Positions 1-9,700 of a stretch of 32,000 nucleotides of DNA are shown here, in pieces. The DNA is taken from contig NC_006138.1 in the NCBI RefSeq assembly GCF_000025945.1, forward strand, positions 2,400,001 through 2,432,000. Reading direction: 5' to 3'. This DNA comes from Desulfotalea psychrophila LSv54 (lineage in GTDB: Bacteria; Desulfobacterota; Desulfobulbia; Desulfobulbales; Desulfocapsaceae). Position 1 is the first letter of the stretch; each line of letters begins with the position of its first letter. The notes under the pieces were generated by a model. The model was not told the DNA's origin, ran no database searches, and was given only the letters and a program-made list of their open reading frames with translations. A program made the position numbers and the translations under genes.

Positions 1-2928
1 TCTGTGAATTTCACTGTTACTAACGCTGATCTCGGTAGCGACGGTGCCAAGGCATTGACTACACAGTTAACCGATATGGCTGGCAATGTGGGCATTATCA
101 GCAATGCGATGGACTTCACCCTTGATACCACCCTACCAGCTGCACCGACCTTAGCCGAACTCACTAGCACCGATCTGGGCGACACTCTCATGAATGCTGC
201 TGAGTCGCTATCAACAGACTTCCAAGCAACACTACCAACAACAGGTTCACTTGCAGTGGCAGGTGACAGCATCGAGTTGCTTCTTGATGGCAGCTCATTT
301 GCAACAGCAAAGACGGTGATACTTTCTGCAGACGACATCACTAACGGCTCTGTGAATTTCACTGTTACTAACGCTGATCTCGGTAGCGACGGTGCCAAGG
401 CATTGACTACACAGTTAACCGATATGGCTGGCAATGTGGGCATTATCAGCAATGCGATGGACTTCACCCTTGATACCACCCTACCAGCTGCACCGACCTT
501 AGCCGAACTCACTAGCACCGATCTGGGCGACACTCTCATGAATGCTGCTGAGTCGCTATCAACAGACTTCCAAGCAACACTACCAACAACAGGTTCACTT
601 GCAGTGGCAGGTGACAGCATCGAGTTGCTTCTTGATGGCAGCTCATTTGCAACAGCAAAGACGGTGATACTTTCTGCTGATGACATCACTAACGGCTCTG
701 TGAATTTCACTGTTACTAACGCTGATCTCGGTAGCGACGGTGCCAAGGCATTGACTACACAGTTAACCGATATGGCTGGCAATGTGGGCATTATCAGCAA
801 TGCGATGGACTTCACCCTTGATACCACCCTACCAGCTGCACCGACCTTAGCCGAACTCACTAGCACCGATTTGGGCGACACTCTCATGAATGCTGCTGAG
901 TCGCTATCAACAGACTTCCAAGCAACACTACCAACAACAGGTTCACTTGCAGTGGCAGGTGACAGCATCGAGTTGCTTCTTGATGGCAGCTCATTTGCAA
1001 CAGCAAAAACGGTGATACTTTCTGCTGATGACATCACTAACGGCTCTGTGAATTTCACTGTTACTGACGCTGATCTCGGTAGCGACGGTGCCAAGGCATT
1101 GACTACACAGTTAACCGATATTGCTGGCAATGTGGGCATTATCAGCAATGCGATGGACTTCACCCTTGATACCACCCTGGCAGCTGCACCGACCTTAGCC
1201 GAACTCACTAGCACCGATCTGGACGACGCTCTCATGAATGCTGCTGAGTCTCTATCAACAGACTTTCGAGCAACACTGCCAACAACAGGTTCACTTGCGG
1301 TAGAAGGTGACAGCATCGAGTTGCTTCTTGATGGTAGCTCATTTGCAACAGCAAAGACGGTGATACTTTCTGCTGATGACATTACTAACGGCTTTGTGAA
1401 TTTCACTGTTACTAACGCTGATCTCGGTAGCGACGGTGCCAAGGCATTGACTACACAGTTAACCGATATGGCTGGCAATCTGGGCATTATCAGCAATGCG
1501 ATGGACTTCACCCTTGATACCACCCTACCAGCTGCACCGACCTTAGCCGAGCTCACTAGCACCGATCTGGACGACACTCTCATTAATGCTGCTGAGTCTC
1601 TATCAACAGACTTTCGAGCAACACTGCCAACAACAGGTTCACTTGCAGTGGCAGGTGACAGCATCGAGTTGCTTCTTGATGGCAGTTCATTTGCAACAGC
1701 AAAGACGGTGATACTTTCTGCTGATGACATTACTAACGGCTTTGTGAATTTCACTGTTACTGACGCTGATCTCGGTAGCGACGGTGCCAAGGCATTGACT
1801 ACACAGTTAACCGATATGGCTGGCAATCTGGGCATTATCAGCAATGCGATGGACTTCACCCTTGATACCACCCTACCAGCTGCACCGACCTTAGCCGAAC
1901 TCACTAGCACCGATTTGGGCGACACTCTCATGAATGCTGCTGAGTCTCTATCAACAGACTTTCGAGCAACACTACCAACAACAGGTTCACTTGCGGTAGA
2001 AGGTGACAGCATCGAGTTGCTTCTTGATGGTAGCTCATTTGCAACAGCAAAGACGGTGATACTTTCTGCTGATGACATTACTAACGGCTTTGTGAATTTC
2101 ACTGTTACTGACGCTGATCTCGGTAGCGACGGTGCCAAGGCATTGACTACACAGTTAACCGATATTGCTGGCAATGTGGGCATTATCAGCAATGCGATGG
2201 ACTTCACCCTTGATACCACCCTGGCAGCTGCACCGACCTTAGCCGAACTCACTAGCACCGATCTGGACGACGCTCTCATGAATGCTGCTGAGTCTCTATC
2301 AACAGACTTTCGAGCAACACTGCCAACAACAGGTTCACTTGCGGTAGAAGGTGACAGCATCGAGTTGCTTCTTGATGGTAGCTCATTTGCAACAGCAAAG
2401 ACGGTGATACTTTCTGCTGATGACATTACTAACGGCTTTGTGAATTTCACTGTTACTAACGCTGATCTCGGTAGCGACGGTGCCAAGGCATTGACTACAC
2501 AGTTAACCGATATGGCTGGCAATCTGGGCATTATCAGCAATGCGATGGACTTCACCCTTGATACCACCCTACCAGCTGCACCGACCTTAGCCGAGCTCAC
2601 TAGCACCGATCTGGACGACACTCTCATTAATGCTGCTGAGTCTCTATCAACAGACTTTCGAGCAACACTACCAACAACAGGTTCACTTGCAGTGGCAGGT
2701 GACAGCATCGAGTTGCTTCTTGATGGCAGTTCATTTGCAACAGCAAAGACGGTGATACTTTCTGCAGACGACATTACTAACGGCTCTGTGAATTTCACTG
2801 TTACTGACGCTGATCTCGGTAGCGACGGTGCCAAGGCATTGACTACACAGTTGGCTGATGTGGCTGGTAATGTGGGCATTACCAGCAATGCGGTCGATTT
2901 TACTCTTGATATGACAGTCGCGCCCCCA
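1..2928 (+). repeat. In-frame 348-bp (116-aa) tandem array. Eight full near-identical units start at 1, 349, 697, 1045, 1393, 1741, 2089 and 2437, followed by a divergent partial ninth from 2785. The array continues upstream of the window.
   Basis: The string tctgtgaatttcactgttact recurs at exactly 348-bp spacing. Units differ by only a few substitutions (N/D, M/I, V/L, P/A, G/D, Q/R, A/E, S/F). Confidence 0.95.
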
Positions 2929-5709
2929 AACTTTGCCTTGGCAACGGACAGCGGTAGCAGTAACAGCGATGGGATCACAAAGAATGGCATGGTTAATGTC
3001 ACTCTGGCAGGCGACGTTGCCAGCTGGGAGTACAGCCTTGACGCTGGCAGCAGTTGGAATAATGGTTCGGGTAGCAGTTTCGCCCTGACCGATAATACAG
3101 ACTACCCTGCTGGTGCGATTCAGGTGCGCCAGGCCGACAGGGCTGGAAACCTCAGTAGCACCGCCAGCAATCCCGGCACCATTAAGGTCGACACTATTAG
3201 CCTTACAACGGGAAGTATTTTCGGTCTGGATACAAGCTTTGGCGGCGGCGATGGTCGTACCTTTATCGATGGAGGGAGCAGGGCTGACGAAGGAAATCAT
3301 GCGACAATCAACGAGGTCGCTGATGAAAAATACGTCATCAGCGGGCAAAACCAGACAAAGGCCAATTTTTTTGTCGCCCGGGTCAATGTCGATGGTAGCA
3401 CAGATAGCAGCTTTGGGGGTGGGGACGGGGTGGCGACCGCCAAAGTGACTACAGATGTAAAACAATACCAATACATCTATGGCGAATCGGTCGTTGACGC
3501 CAAGGGCAATATTTATATCCCTGGCGTGATTTCTGGTGGGACATATTATAATGATGCCGTTGTTGCTAAAATTAGCGCAGATGGAAGCCTCGATAGCAGC
3601 TTTGGTGGAGACGGCTTTGTCTTAAATAATTTTGGCAGGACCGACAAGGCGGAGACTGCCTGTGCTGTAGCGGTTCAGACAGACGGCAAAGTGATCATGG
3701 GCGGTCGTGTACAGAATGAACGTACACTGGATAGCGCAATCGCCCGTTACAATCCCGACGGCAGCCTCGATACCGACTTCGGTAGCGGCGGGAACGCTAT
3801 CTTTGACCTTGCACCTGGGAAGCATGACTCTGTTCAGGATATCGAGATCCAGGCCGATGGAAAACTCATGTTCACCGGCAGTCTTGATGACAACACATAT
3901 CTCCTGCGTCTCAACTCCGATGGTAGTCGCGACGCCAGCTTCGGAGGTGGTGATGGTTTTATCTCTGCGGATATACATTCAGGCTTATACGACTCTATCC
4001 TTGATACCGCCATCGATGGGGTAGGAAACATCTATGTCTTAACAAACGGTTCACGTGCCCTCAACGTGGCTCGATTCAACGCTAAGGGAGAACTGGACAT
4101 AGGCTGGGCCGGGGATGGTATCGCTACCCTTAGCACCGATGGTTACGCGAGCAACCGCGGTGGCGGGATTGCCTTTGATTCCAGCGGGAAAATCATAATT
4201 TCTTCTGGCTTTAACTCTTCAACCACAGGCGGATTAGACAGCGTCATTATGCGCCTAGACAGAGATGGCAATCTCGATGCCAGCTTTGCTGACAATGGCG
4301 TCTTCGCAGCTGATCTTTCAGGAAATGGCGGCGCGGATGAAGCGTACGATGTCATCGTCGATGCCAATGACAATATTGTAATCGGTGGTTACGTTAATAC
4401 TGGCGGGGAAACAGGTAAAGATTTCATGATCGCTCGTCTGACTGACTCTATGGACACCAGTATTGCTGATGGGGCAAAGGGTGTGGCCGCCAATCTTGGC
4501 CTCACCATGACCTTTACGGAAAGTATTGGCCTGGGAAGCGGTAATATCAAGCTGGTGGACGATACGGACGCCAGCAACACGATCACTATCGATGTCGGCA
4601 ATCATGCCGGTCAGTTGGCTATTAGCGACGGTAAATTGATGATTACCCCCTCATCCCCAATGGATAGCCTCAGCAAGTACCATCTGGAGATCGAGGATGG
4701 GGCAGTGACTGACCTGGCAGGAAATGGCTACGCAGGTATTTCTGATCCTGCCACATTAAATTTTACGACGGCGACAGGATCACTGGCTCCTGTTGCAATT
4801 GATCTCACCAATGACGGTCTTAGCTTCATTGGTTTAGGTCAGAGCACGATTTTTTATGATTACACGGCAGATGATATCGGTGATCGAACAGCATGGGTTG
4901 GTGCCGATGATGGTCTGCTGATCATTGATCTATTGGGTGATAGCAGCGTGACGGATCGTTCTGAATTTGTCTTTACTGATCACGCACCCGATGCAGGGAC
5001 CGATATGGAGGCTCTTCAACAGGTTTTTGATACCAATCAAGACAACTATCTTAATCATGCTGACGAGCAGTGGAGTAAATTTGCGATCTGGCAGGACCTC
5101 AACAGCAATGGGGTGAGCGAAACAGGTGAAGTGCGCACTTTAGATGAGTGGGGCATTGAACGTATCAGTCTTATAAATGATGGTGAAAGTTATCTGGCCG
5201 CTGATGGTGTTTATGTACATGGCCATAGCGAAGTTGTAATGAGTGATGGAACCACCACCACTGCTGCCGACAGTGAATTTAGCTTTGATATATCAACGCA
5301 GACAGATAGCAGTGATATCCCGTTGCTAGAAGTGAACAGCGCCCTGCCAGTGGATACAACGTTCGTAGCATTCGACCTGATCGAGGATGTATCCTCTGAC
5401 TCAAGCGGGCGATCTTTTAAGAGCGAAGCCGGGTATGATATTGATATTAAAGGCGCGAGCGGTGCGGAGCAGTTGAACACGGATGGCGAAGAGCTGGGAG
5501 CAACAGTCTTGTGGGACGAAGCCAACTTATTGTCTGGTAACGATAGCGTCATCTTGGTAGGTACGGGAGCGGTTGTTCACAAGAGTGATGGTGGACTAGC
5601 CTCTATATGCAGCTTAGCCGGTACCGTACTATCTGCTATCGGGTCAGATAGCCAAATATATCCTATAGCTATGCCAATGAATATTTTTACCAGCCAGGGG
5701 CTCGCGTAA
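1..5709 (+). CDS. Giant repetitive secreted adhesin-like protein, 5'-truncated by the window edge (1902 codons visible). Modules in order: 116-aa Ig-like tandem repeats, one Ig-like domain, seven delta-60-type repeats, an SbsA/Big_5-like Ig domain, an EF-hand/dockerin-like Ca-binding module, and a 114-aa C-terminal domain ending TSQGLA.
   Basis: The frame is open from base 1 to TAA at 5707-5709. The repeat unit SVNFTVT(N/D)ADLGSDGAKALTTQLTD.AGN... is in frame. Seven units follow the pattern D(S/T)SFGG(G)DG...DG(K/N)I...(R/K)(L/Y/F)N.DGSLD. The segment LTMTFTESIGLGSGNIKLVD...YHLEIEDGAVTDLAGN matches the equivalent segment of the second giant gene. The C-terminus VAFDLIEDVSS...NIFTSQGLA is paralogous to the C-terminus of 6773-14665. 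Confidence 0.85.
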   Translation, partial: SVNFTVTNADLGSDGAKALTTQLTDMAGNVGIISNAMDFTLDTTLPAAPTLAELTSTDLGDTLMNAAESLSTDFQATLPTTGSLAVAGDSIELLLDGSSFATAKTVILSADDITNGSVNFTVTNADLGSDGAKALTTQLTDMAGNVGIISNAMDFTLDTTLPAAPTLAELTSTDLGDTLMNAAESLSTDFQATLPTTGSLAVAGDSIELLLDGSSFATAKTVILSADDITNGSVNFTVTNADLGSDGAKALTTQLTDMAGNVGIISNAMDFTLDTTLPAAPTLAELTSTDLGDTLMNAAESLSTDFQATLPTTGSLAVAGDSIELLLDGSSFATAKTVILSADDITNGSVNFTVTDADLGSDGAKALTTQLTDIAGNVGIISNAMDFTLDTTLAAAPTLAELTSTDLDDALMNAAESLSTDFRATLPTTGSLAVEGDSIELLLDGSSFATAKTVILSADDITNGFVNFTVTNADLGSDGAKALTTQLTDMAGNLGIISNAMDFTLDTTLPAAPTLAELTSTDLDDTLINAAESLSTDFRATLPTTGSLAVAGDSIELLLDGSSFATAKTVILSADDITNGFVNFTVTDADLGSDGAKALTTQLTDMAGNLGIISNAMDFTLDTTLPAAPTLAELTSTDLGDTLMNAAESLSTDFRATLPTTGSLAVEGDSIELLLDGSSFATAKTVILSADDITNGFVNFTVTDADLGSDGAKALTTQLTDIAGNVGIISNAMDFTLDTTLAAAPTLAELTSTDLDDALMNAAESLSTDFRATLPTTGSLAVEGDSIELLLDGSSFATAKTVILSADDITNGFVNFTVTNADLGSDGAKALTTQLTDMAGNLGIISNAMDFTLDTTLPAAPTLAELTSTDLDDTLINAAESLSTDFRATLPTTGSLAVAGDSIELLLDGSSFATAKTVILSADDITNGSVNFTVTDADLGSDGAKALTTQLADVAGNVGITSNAVDFTLDMTVAPPNFALATDSGSSNSDGITKNGMVNVTLAGDVASWEYSLDAGSSWNNGSGSSFALTDNTDYPAGAIQVRQADRAGNLSSTASNPGTIKVDTISLTTGSIFGLDTSFGGGDGRTFIDGGSRADEGNHATINEVADEKYVISGQNQTKANFFVARVNVDGSTDSSFGGGDGVATAKVTTDVKQYQYIYGESVVDAKGNIYIPGVISGGTYYNDAVVAKISADGSLDSSFGGDGFVLNNFGRTDKAETACAVAVQTDGKVIMGGRVQNERTLDSAIARYNPDGSLDTDFGSGGNAIFDLAPGKHDSVQDIEIQADGKLMFTGSLDDNTYLLRLNSDGSRDASFGGGDGFISADIHSGLYDSILDTAIDGVGNIYVLTNGSRALNVARFNAKGELDIGWAGDGIATLSTDGYASNRGGGIAFDSSGKIIISSGFNSSTTGGLDSVIMRLDRDGNLDASFADNGVFAADLSGNGGADEAYDVIVDANDNIVIGGYVNTGGETGKDFMIARLTDSMDTSIADGAKGVAANLGLTMTFTESIGLGSGNIKLVDDTDASNTITIDVGNHAGQLAISDGKLMITPSSPMDSLSKYHLEIEDGAVTDLAGNGYAGISDPATLNFTTATGSLAPVAIDLTNDGLSFIGLGQSTIFYDYTADDIGDRTAWVGADDGLLIIDLLGDSSVTDRSEFVFTDHAPDAGTDMEALQQVFDTNQDNYLNHADEQWSKFAIWQDLNSNGVSETGEVRTLDEWGIERISLINDGESYLAADGVYVHGHSEVVMSDGTTTTAADSEFSFDISTQTDSSDIPLLEVNSALPVDTTFVAFDLIEDVSSDSSGRSFKSEAGYDIDIKGASGAEQLNTDGEELGATVLWDEANLLSGNDSVILVGTGAVVHKSDGGLASICSLAGTVLSAIGSDSQIYPIAMPMNIFTSQGLA
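3226..4450 (+). repeat. Seven degenerate ~55-62-aa delta-60-type repeats, predicted to form a 7-bladed beta-propeller, inside the first giant gene.
   Basis: Blade starts seen in translation are LDTSFGGGDG, TDSSFGGGDG, LDSSFGGDG, LDTDFGSGG, RDASFGGGDG, LDIGWAGDG and LDASFADNG. Each is followed by a D(G/A)(K/N)(I/V) strand and an (A/L)R(V/Y/L/F)N.DGS closure. Confidence 0.7.
5029..5130 (+). other. Pair of EF-hand/dockerin-like Ca-binding loops within the first giant protein.
   Basis: DTNQDNYLNHAD and DLNSNGVSETGE both fit the D-x-[DN]-x-[DN]-G/x...[DE] 12-residue loop pattern. They lie in a larger DLTNDG...WVGADDGLLIIDL module typical of Ca-binding extracellular proteins. Confidence 0.5.
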
Positions 5710-5975
5710 ACCACATTCTTGGGTGCTGTAAAACAGAAATTGCCTAGCAGATTCATCAGGACCGGGCATGTGACATGTCGGGACATCAGCTCTAGCAGTT
5801 AGTGTCCCGATATATTGGCGTAGTAGCCGCGGATGTCGGTTTTGCAGGCATAGATAGCACACCGCCCGTGATCCACTGGTGGGCTTGGCGTACCGCCGCT
5901 TTATGGCCACTGTGATCCTTACTGTAGGTGAATGACAGGGTAAAGTCCTCTGCGGCATCTGGATGAGCAATTTGA

Positions 5976-6104
5976 GAACCAGAGCATCGTGCGCAGTACA
6001 ATTGTTTCGCCATCGGTGCGGGTGACCGTCTGCATGGGGGCAAGAACTACGTGATCGACCCCGGTTTGATCGGGGCGATACTCACGTCGCAAGGGCTGGC
6101 ATGA
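5976..6104 (+). pseudogene. Orphan remnant of a third adhesin C-terminus (...GGKNYVIDPGLIGAILTSQGLA*). It has no ATG and no upstream coding continuity.
   Basis: The frame is open only from 5976 (stop at 5973-5975) to TGA at 6102-6104. The last seven codons, ctc acg tcg caa ggg ctg gca, encode LTSQGLA. This equals the last seven residues of 6773-14665 but uses different synonymous codons. Confidence 0.6.
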
Positions 6105-6304
6105 TTCATTGCTGTAGGCCAGTGATCGATCCCGCCACCGTCCGGCGCAGATGCCAGATATCGGCGTTAGGCAGGAAGGGTAAGCAGATGATTGATGGGA
6201 TTACCTGATTTCAGTCAATGAGCAATTGACTAGTAGTATCTGAGGCTAATCTAAATAACTATAGCTGACGTCATAATTTATTGCCTTTTATGGTTTGCAA
6301 TTCA

Positions 6305-6325
6305 AGCCTGACAGGCTTTTTTTTT
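6305..6325 (+). terminator. Weak candidate intrinsic terminator in the spacer between the giant genes.
   Basis: agcct-gac-aggct forms a 5-bp stem with a 3-nt loop and is followed by a run of 9 T. The stem is short, so this is tentative. Confidence 0.3.
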
Positions 6326-6474
6326 GCCCGAAATTCTATCATTTTGCTGGGCTTTGAGCCAACAAGAGGTTGCTGAGGCGGCGGGGATTGGATCGTTGAT
6401 TGGTGGGGACAGAGGCAAGGCCTGCAAGCCTTTCCTCTGCTAAATTTCATGCAATAAATAGTTAGAGTTATTTC

Positions 6475-6503
6475 TTGATTATTTTGAGTACACCTGCTAT
6501 TAA
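6475..6503 (+). promoter_or_regulatory. Candidate sigma70-type promoter for the second giant gene. It would give a ~270-nt AT-rich leader.
   Basis: TTGATT, a 17-nt spacer and TATTAA lie inside a strongly AT-rich stretch (about 6420-6770) upstream of ATG 6773. Other weak candidates exist in the same stretch. Confidence 0.3.
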
Positions 6504-6772
6504 CTTAAAATCATTCAGATTTTTTTAAAAATAGTTACTTTTGATATGTAGCTTTTTTACGCCAATCTAAAAGTGGGAACGAACATACTTTTAAAATAAG
6601 TTTTTTTGTGAAAAAAAGCCATATGACTCTTGCCAGAAAAGGCCATTGTCGGGTTTTTTCCCTGCTGCAACACAGGCCAACCAATCGCAGGGGACCCAAT
6701 AATTAAATAGAGAGAGACGGGCCACCATATAAAATTTTTGCTAAGAAAATATCTTAGATACTGGGATGAATA

Positions 6773-9700
6773 ATGAAGAGATTAATACTAATCGAAGTAT
6801 TGGCTGGCGGAGAAGTAGTCGAACATTCATTACAATCGGCATCCTTTAAGGCTCAGGCGGGTGCGACCTATACCCTCCTCGACCAGGACCACAGCATCCC
6901 GGACAATCTCATCATAAAACGAAGCGGCGATAATCTTGACATTGAAATCGATGAAGAGCCTATTGCCCAAATTGAAGATTTCTATGGCCAGGACCTTGGG
7001 GCGATATACAGTGTCGATGGCTCCCTGACCCCCGCTGAGGGGATGGCCATCACCGGCACTGAGACCACAACGGCTGGCCCAACGGATGAAATCGTCTGGC
7101 AGGCCTCCGAAGGGGCAGAGTCAATCAGCCCGTGGGTTTGGGCCGGTGGCCTGTTGGGTGCCGGCGGTATCGCCATGGCAGCAGGCGGAGGCAGTTCAGA
7201 TGGTAGTAGCTTAGCAGATAAGGGTAGCGCCAGCCACGACGTTACCGTCAGGGCTGTTGCCGGTCCCTTTCTGGCCACTTCCCATGCGCTGGTTGAGTTT
7301 TACGATGACGGAGGCAATCAACTCGGCACTGGTAAATTTGAGACCAACGGCCAGGTTAAACTCAGCATTGGAGACTATAAGGGGGCAATTCTTGTCAAGG
7401 TAATTGACAACAATGAGGGTGCAGGGGATTACCTCGATGAGGCCAGCGGCCTTTCTCTCAGCCTCGGCGCGCCCCTGCGCGCCATGGGCTATGCCGATGG
7501 AAACGGTGATGTCTATATCAGCGTTACCCCTCTGACCGAGCTTGCGGCACGGCAGGCCGGCATCACTGGCAATGAGGTCAACGAAGCCGATCTTGCTGTC
7601 AACGATCAGATCGCAGAACTCTTTGCCGTTGAAGATATCCTGGCCCCCGTTGTCACCGTTGTCGATGATGCCTACGACAGCAGCGACGAGATCAATGAGA
7701 CGGCAGAACACTATGGTGAGATCCTCGCCCAGCTGTCCGGTGCCGATAAGACCAGCGGAGGACTAACCGATACCCTCGACAAATTAAAAGACGCCATTAC
7801 CGTGCAGGATGGAAGCTTAGCCTTGAGCCAGGAGGGGGTTGAATTACTGGCCGACGGTGTCGATGCTTTTGAAGACGGAATTAACGCCGGTAAAGCCGAC
7901 CTCGGTAGCAGCCTCATCCAGCCACCCCTGATCGAAGCGGCCAGGGATGGCATTAATGCTGCCGAGAAAGATGCCGGCGTCGTTGTGAAAATAAGCGGAG
8001 TTGAAGTAGGCGACAGAATCACCCTCCATTGGGGAGAGGAAATCCTTAATATTCTTCCCACAGATATTGATGACAAGGGGATGGGCACCGTTATGGTTCC
8101 CGCCAGCAAGATTGGGGATGCAGGTGATGGTTCAATTGCCGTCCAGTATCAGATCAACGACGGTAATAAGAGTCCGGCCGTTATAATTGAGGTCGATACC
8201 AGCGCTCCGACCATCACCAGTGGCGACAGCGCCACCGCCATAGATGAAAATTCTGTTGCCGATCAAGTGATCTACACGGCAACGTCGACAGATACCACTG
8301 ACACCGCAACAGGAGCAACGGTTTACAGTCTCAAAGCGGGTAGTGATGCAGGCTTAACCATTGATGGTAGCACGGGCGAAGTCAAGCTGGTAATCAGCCC
8401 GAACTTTGAAGCGAAGCCTAGCTACAGCTTCACTGTGGTCGCGACTGATGCCGCCGGTAACAGCAGTGAGCAGACTGTCAGCTTGGCGATAACCGATCTT
8501 GACGAAATCGCCCCAACGGCTCCGACTCTCGGGACCTCCAACGGCACGGAACTCAGCGGTGTTGCCGAAGCCGGCAGTAGCGTGACCGTTTATGCCGCTG
8601 ATGGCACCACAGTTTTGGGGACCACCATGGCTGATGCCAGCAGCGGCGCCTACACCTTTAGCCCGAATCCTTTGACTGATGGTAAAACCGGTAGTGTGGT
8701 CACGACCGATACTGCAGGCAACGTCAGTGCCGTCATGGAGATTACAGCAGTCGACGGCACCGCACCTGGCGCTCCAACTCTCGGGACCTCTAACGGCACG
8801 GAACTTAGCGGTGTTGCCGAAGCCGGCAGTAGCGTGACCGTTTATGCCGCCGATGGCACCACAGTTTTGGCGACCACTACGGCCGATGCCAGCAGCGGTG
8901 CCTACAGTTTTAGCCCGAATCCTTTGACTGACGGTAAAACCGGTAGTGTGGTCACGACCGATACTGCAGGCAACGTCAGTGCCGTCACGGAGATTACAGC
9001 AGTCGACGCCACCGCACCTGGCGCCCCGACTCTCGGGATCTCCAATGGCACGGAACTCAGCGGTGTTGCCGAAGCCGGCAGTAGCGTGACCGTTTATGCG
9101 GCCGATGGCACCACAGTTTTGAAGACCACCACGGCTGATGCCAGCAGCGGAGCCTACACCTTTAGCCCGAATCCTTTGACTGATGGCAAAACCGGTAGCG
9201 TGGTCACGACCGATTCAGCAGGCAACGTCAGTGCCGTCACGGAGATTACAGCAGTCGACGCCACCGCATCTGGCGCTCCGACTCTCGGGACCTCCAATGG
9301 CACGGAACTCAGCGGTGTTGCCGAAGCCGGCAGTAGCGTGACCGTTTATGCCGCCGATGGCACCACAGTTTTGGGGACCACAACGGCCGATGCCACCAGC
9401 GGTGCCTACAGTTTTAGCCCGAATCCTTTGACTGATGGCAAAACTGGTAGCGTGGTCACGACCGATTCAGCAGGCAACGTCAGTGCCGTCACGGAGATTA
9501 CAGCAGTCGACGCCACCGCACCGACGGCCAAATTCGGCACAGCTACCGACAATATCGGCAGTGTAACCGGTAACTTAAGCAGTGGCGACACTACCGACGA
9601 CACCGTCCTGGCCCTCAGTGGTAGCTGCGAGGCCGGTTCTACGATCAAGGTCTACAGCGGCACCACCGAACTTGGCGATGCCACCGTCAGCGGTAGCAGT

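Noticed and set aside
1-2928. The regular 348-bp periodicity could be mistaken for a CRISPR-like or satellite array.
   Set aside because: There are no unique spacers between the units. The units are contiguous, in frame, and encode an Ig-like domain repeat.
2731-3471. 246-aa minus-strand ORF and many 60-135-aa ORFs on both strands within 3113-5552.
   Set aside because: All are nested inside the long, repeat-structured + strand ORF, whose translation shows clear domain periodicity. The nested ORFs have low-complexity Ser/Ala/Pro/Arg-rich translations typical of off-frame reading.
5365-5706. I looked for RTX nonapeptide (GGxGxDxUx) blocks and a LapG-type TAAG site as expected hallmarks of T1SS cargo.
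   Set aside because: Neither giant protein has tandem nonapeptides near its C-terminus. Only isolated GGGDG strings occur, and these belong to the delta-60 repeats. The only AAG in the gene 2 N-terminus (MAAG) does not fit the canonical site. I therefore do not call these RTX proteins or LapG substrates.
5644-6043. Two overlapping minus-strand ORFs (108 and 83 aa) containing YCARCSG and other Cys/His-rich strings. I considered them as a decayed Zn-ribbon transposase or HNH nuclease remnant.
   Set aside because: I could not align them convincingly to the IS91, IS1595 or HNH motifs I remember. The expected second Cys pair is missing in every frame, and no terminal inverted repeats or target duplications are visible. 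The region is best described only as decayed, non-coding-looking spacer.
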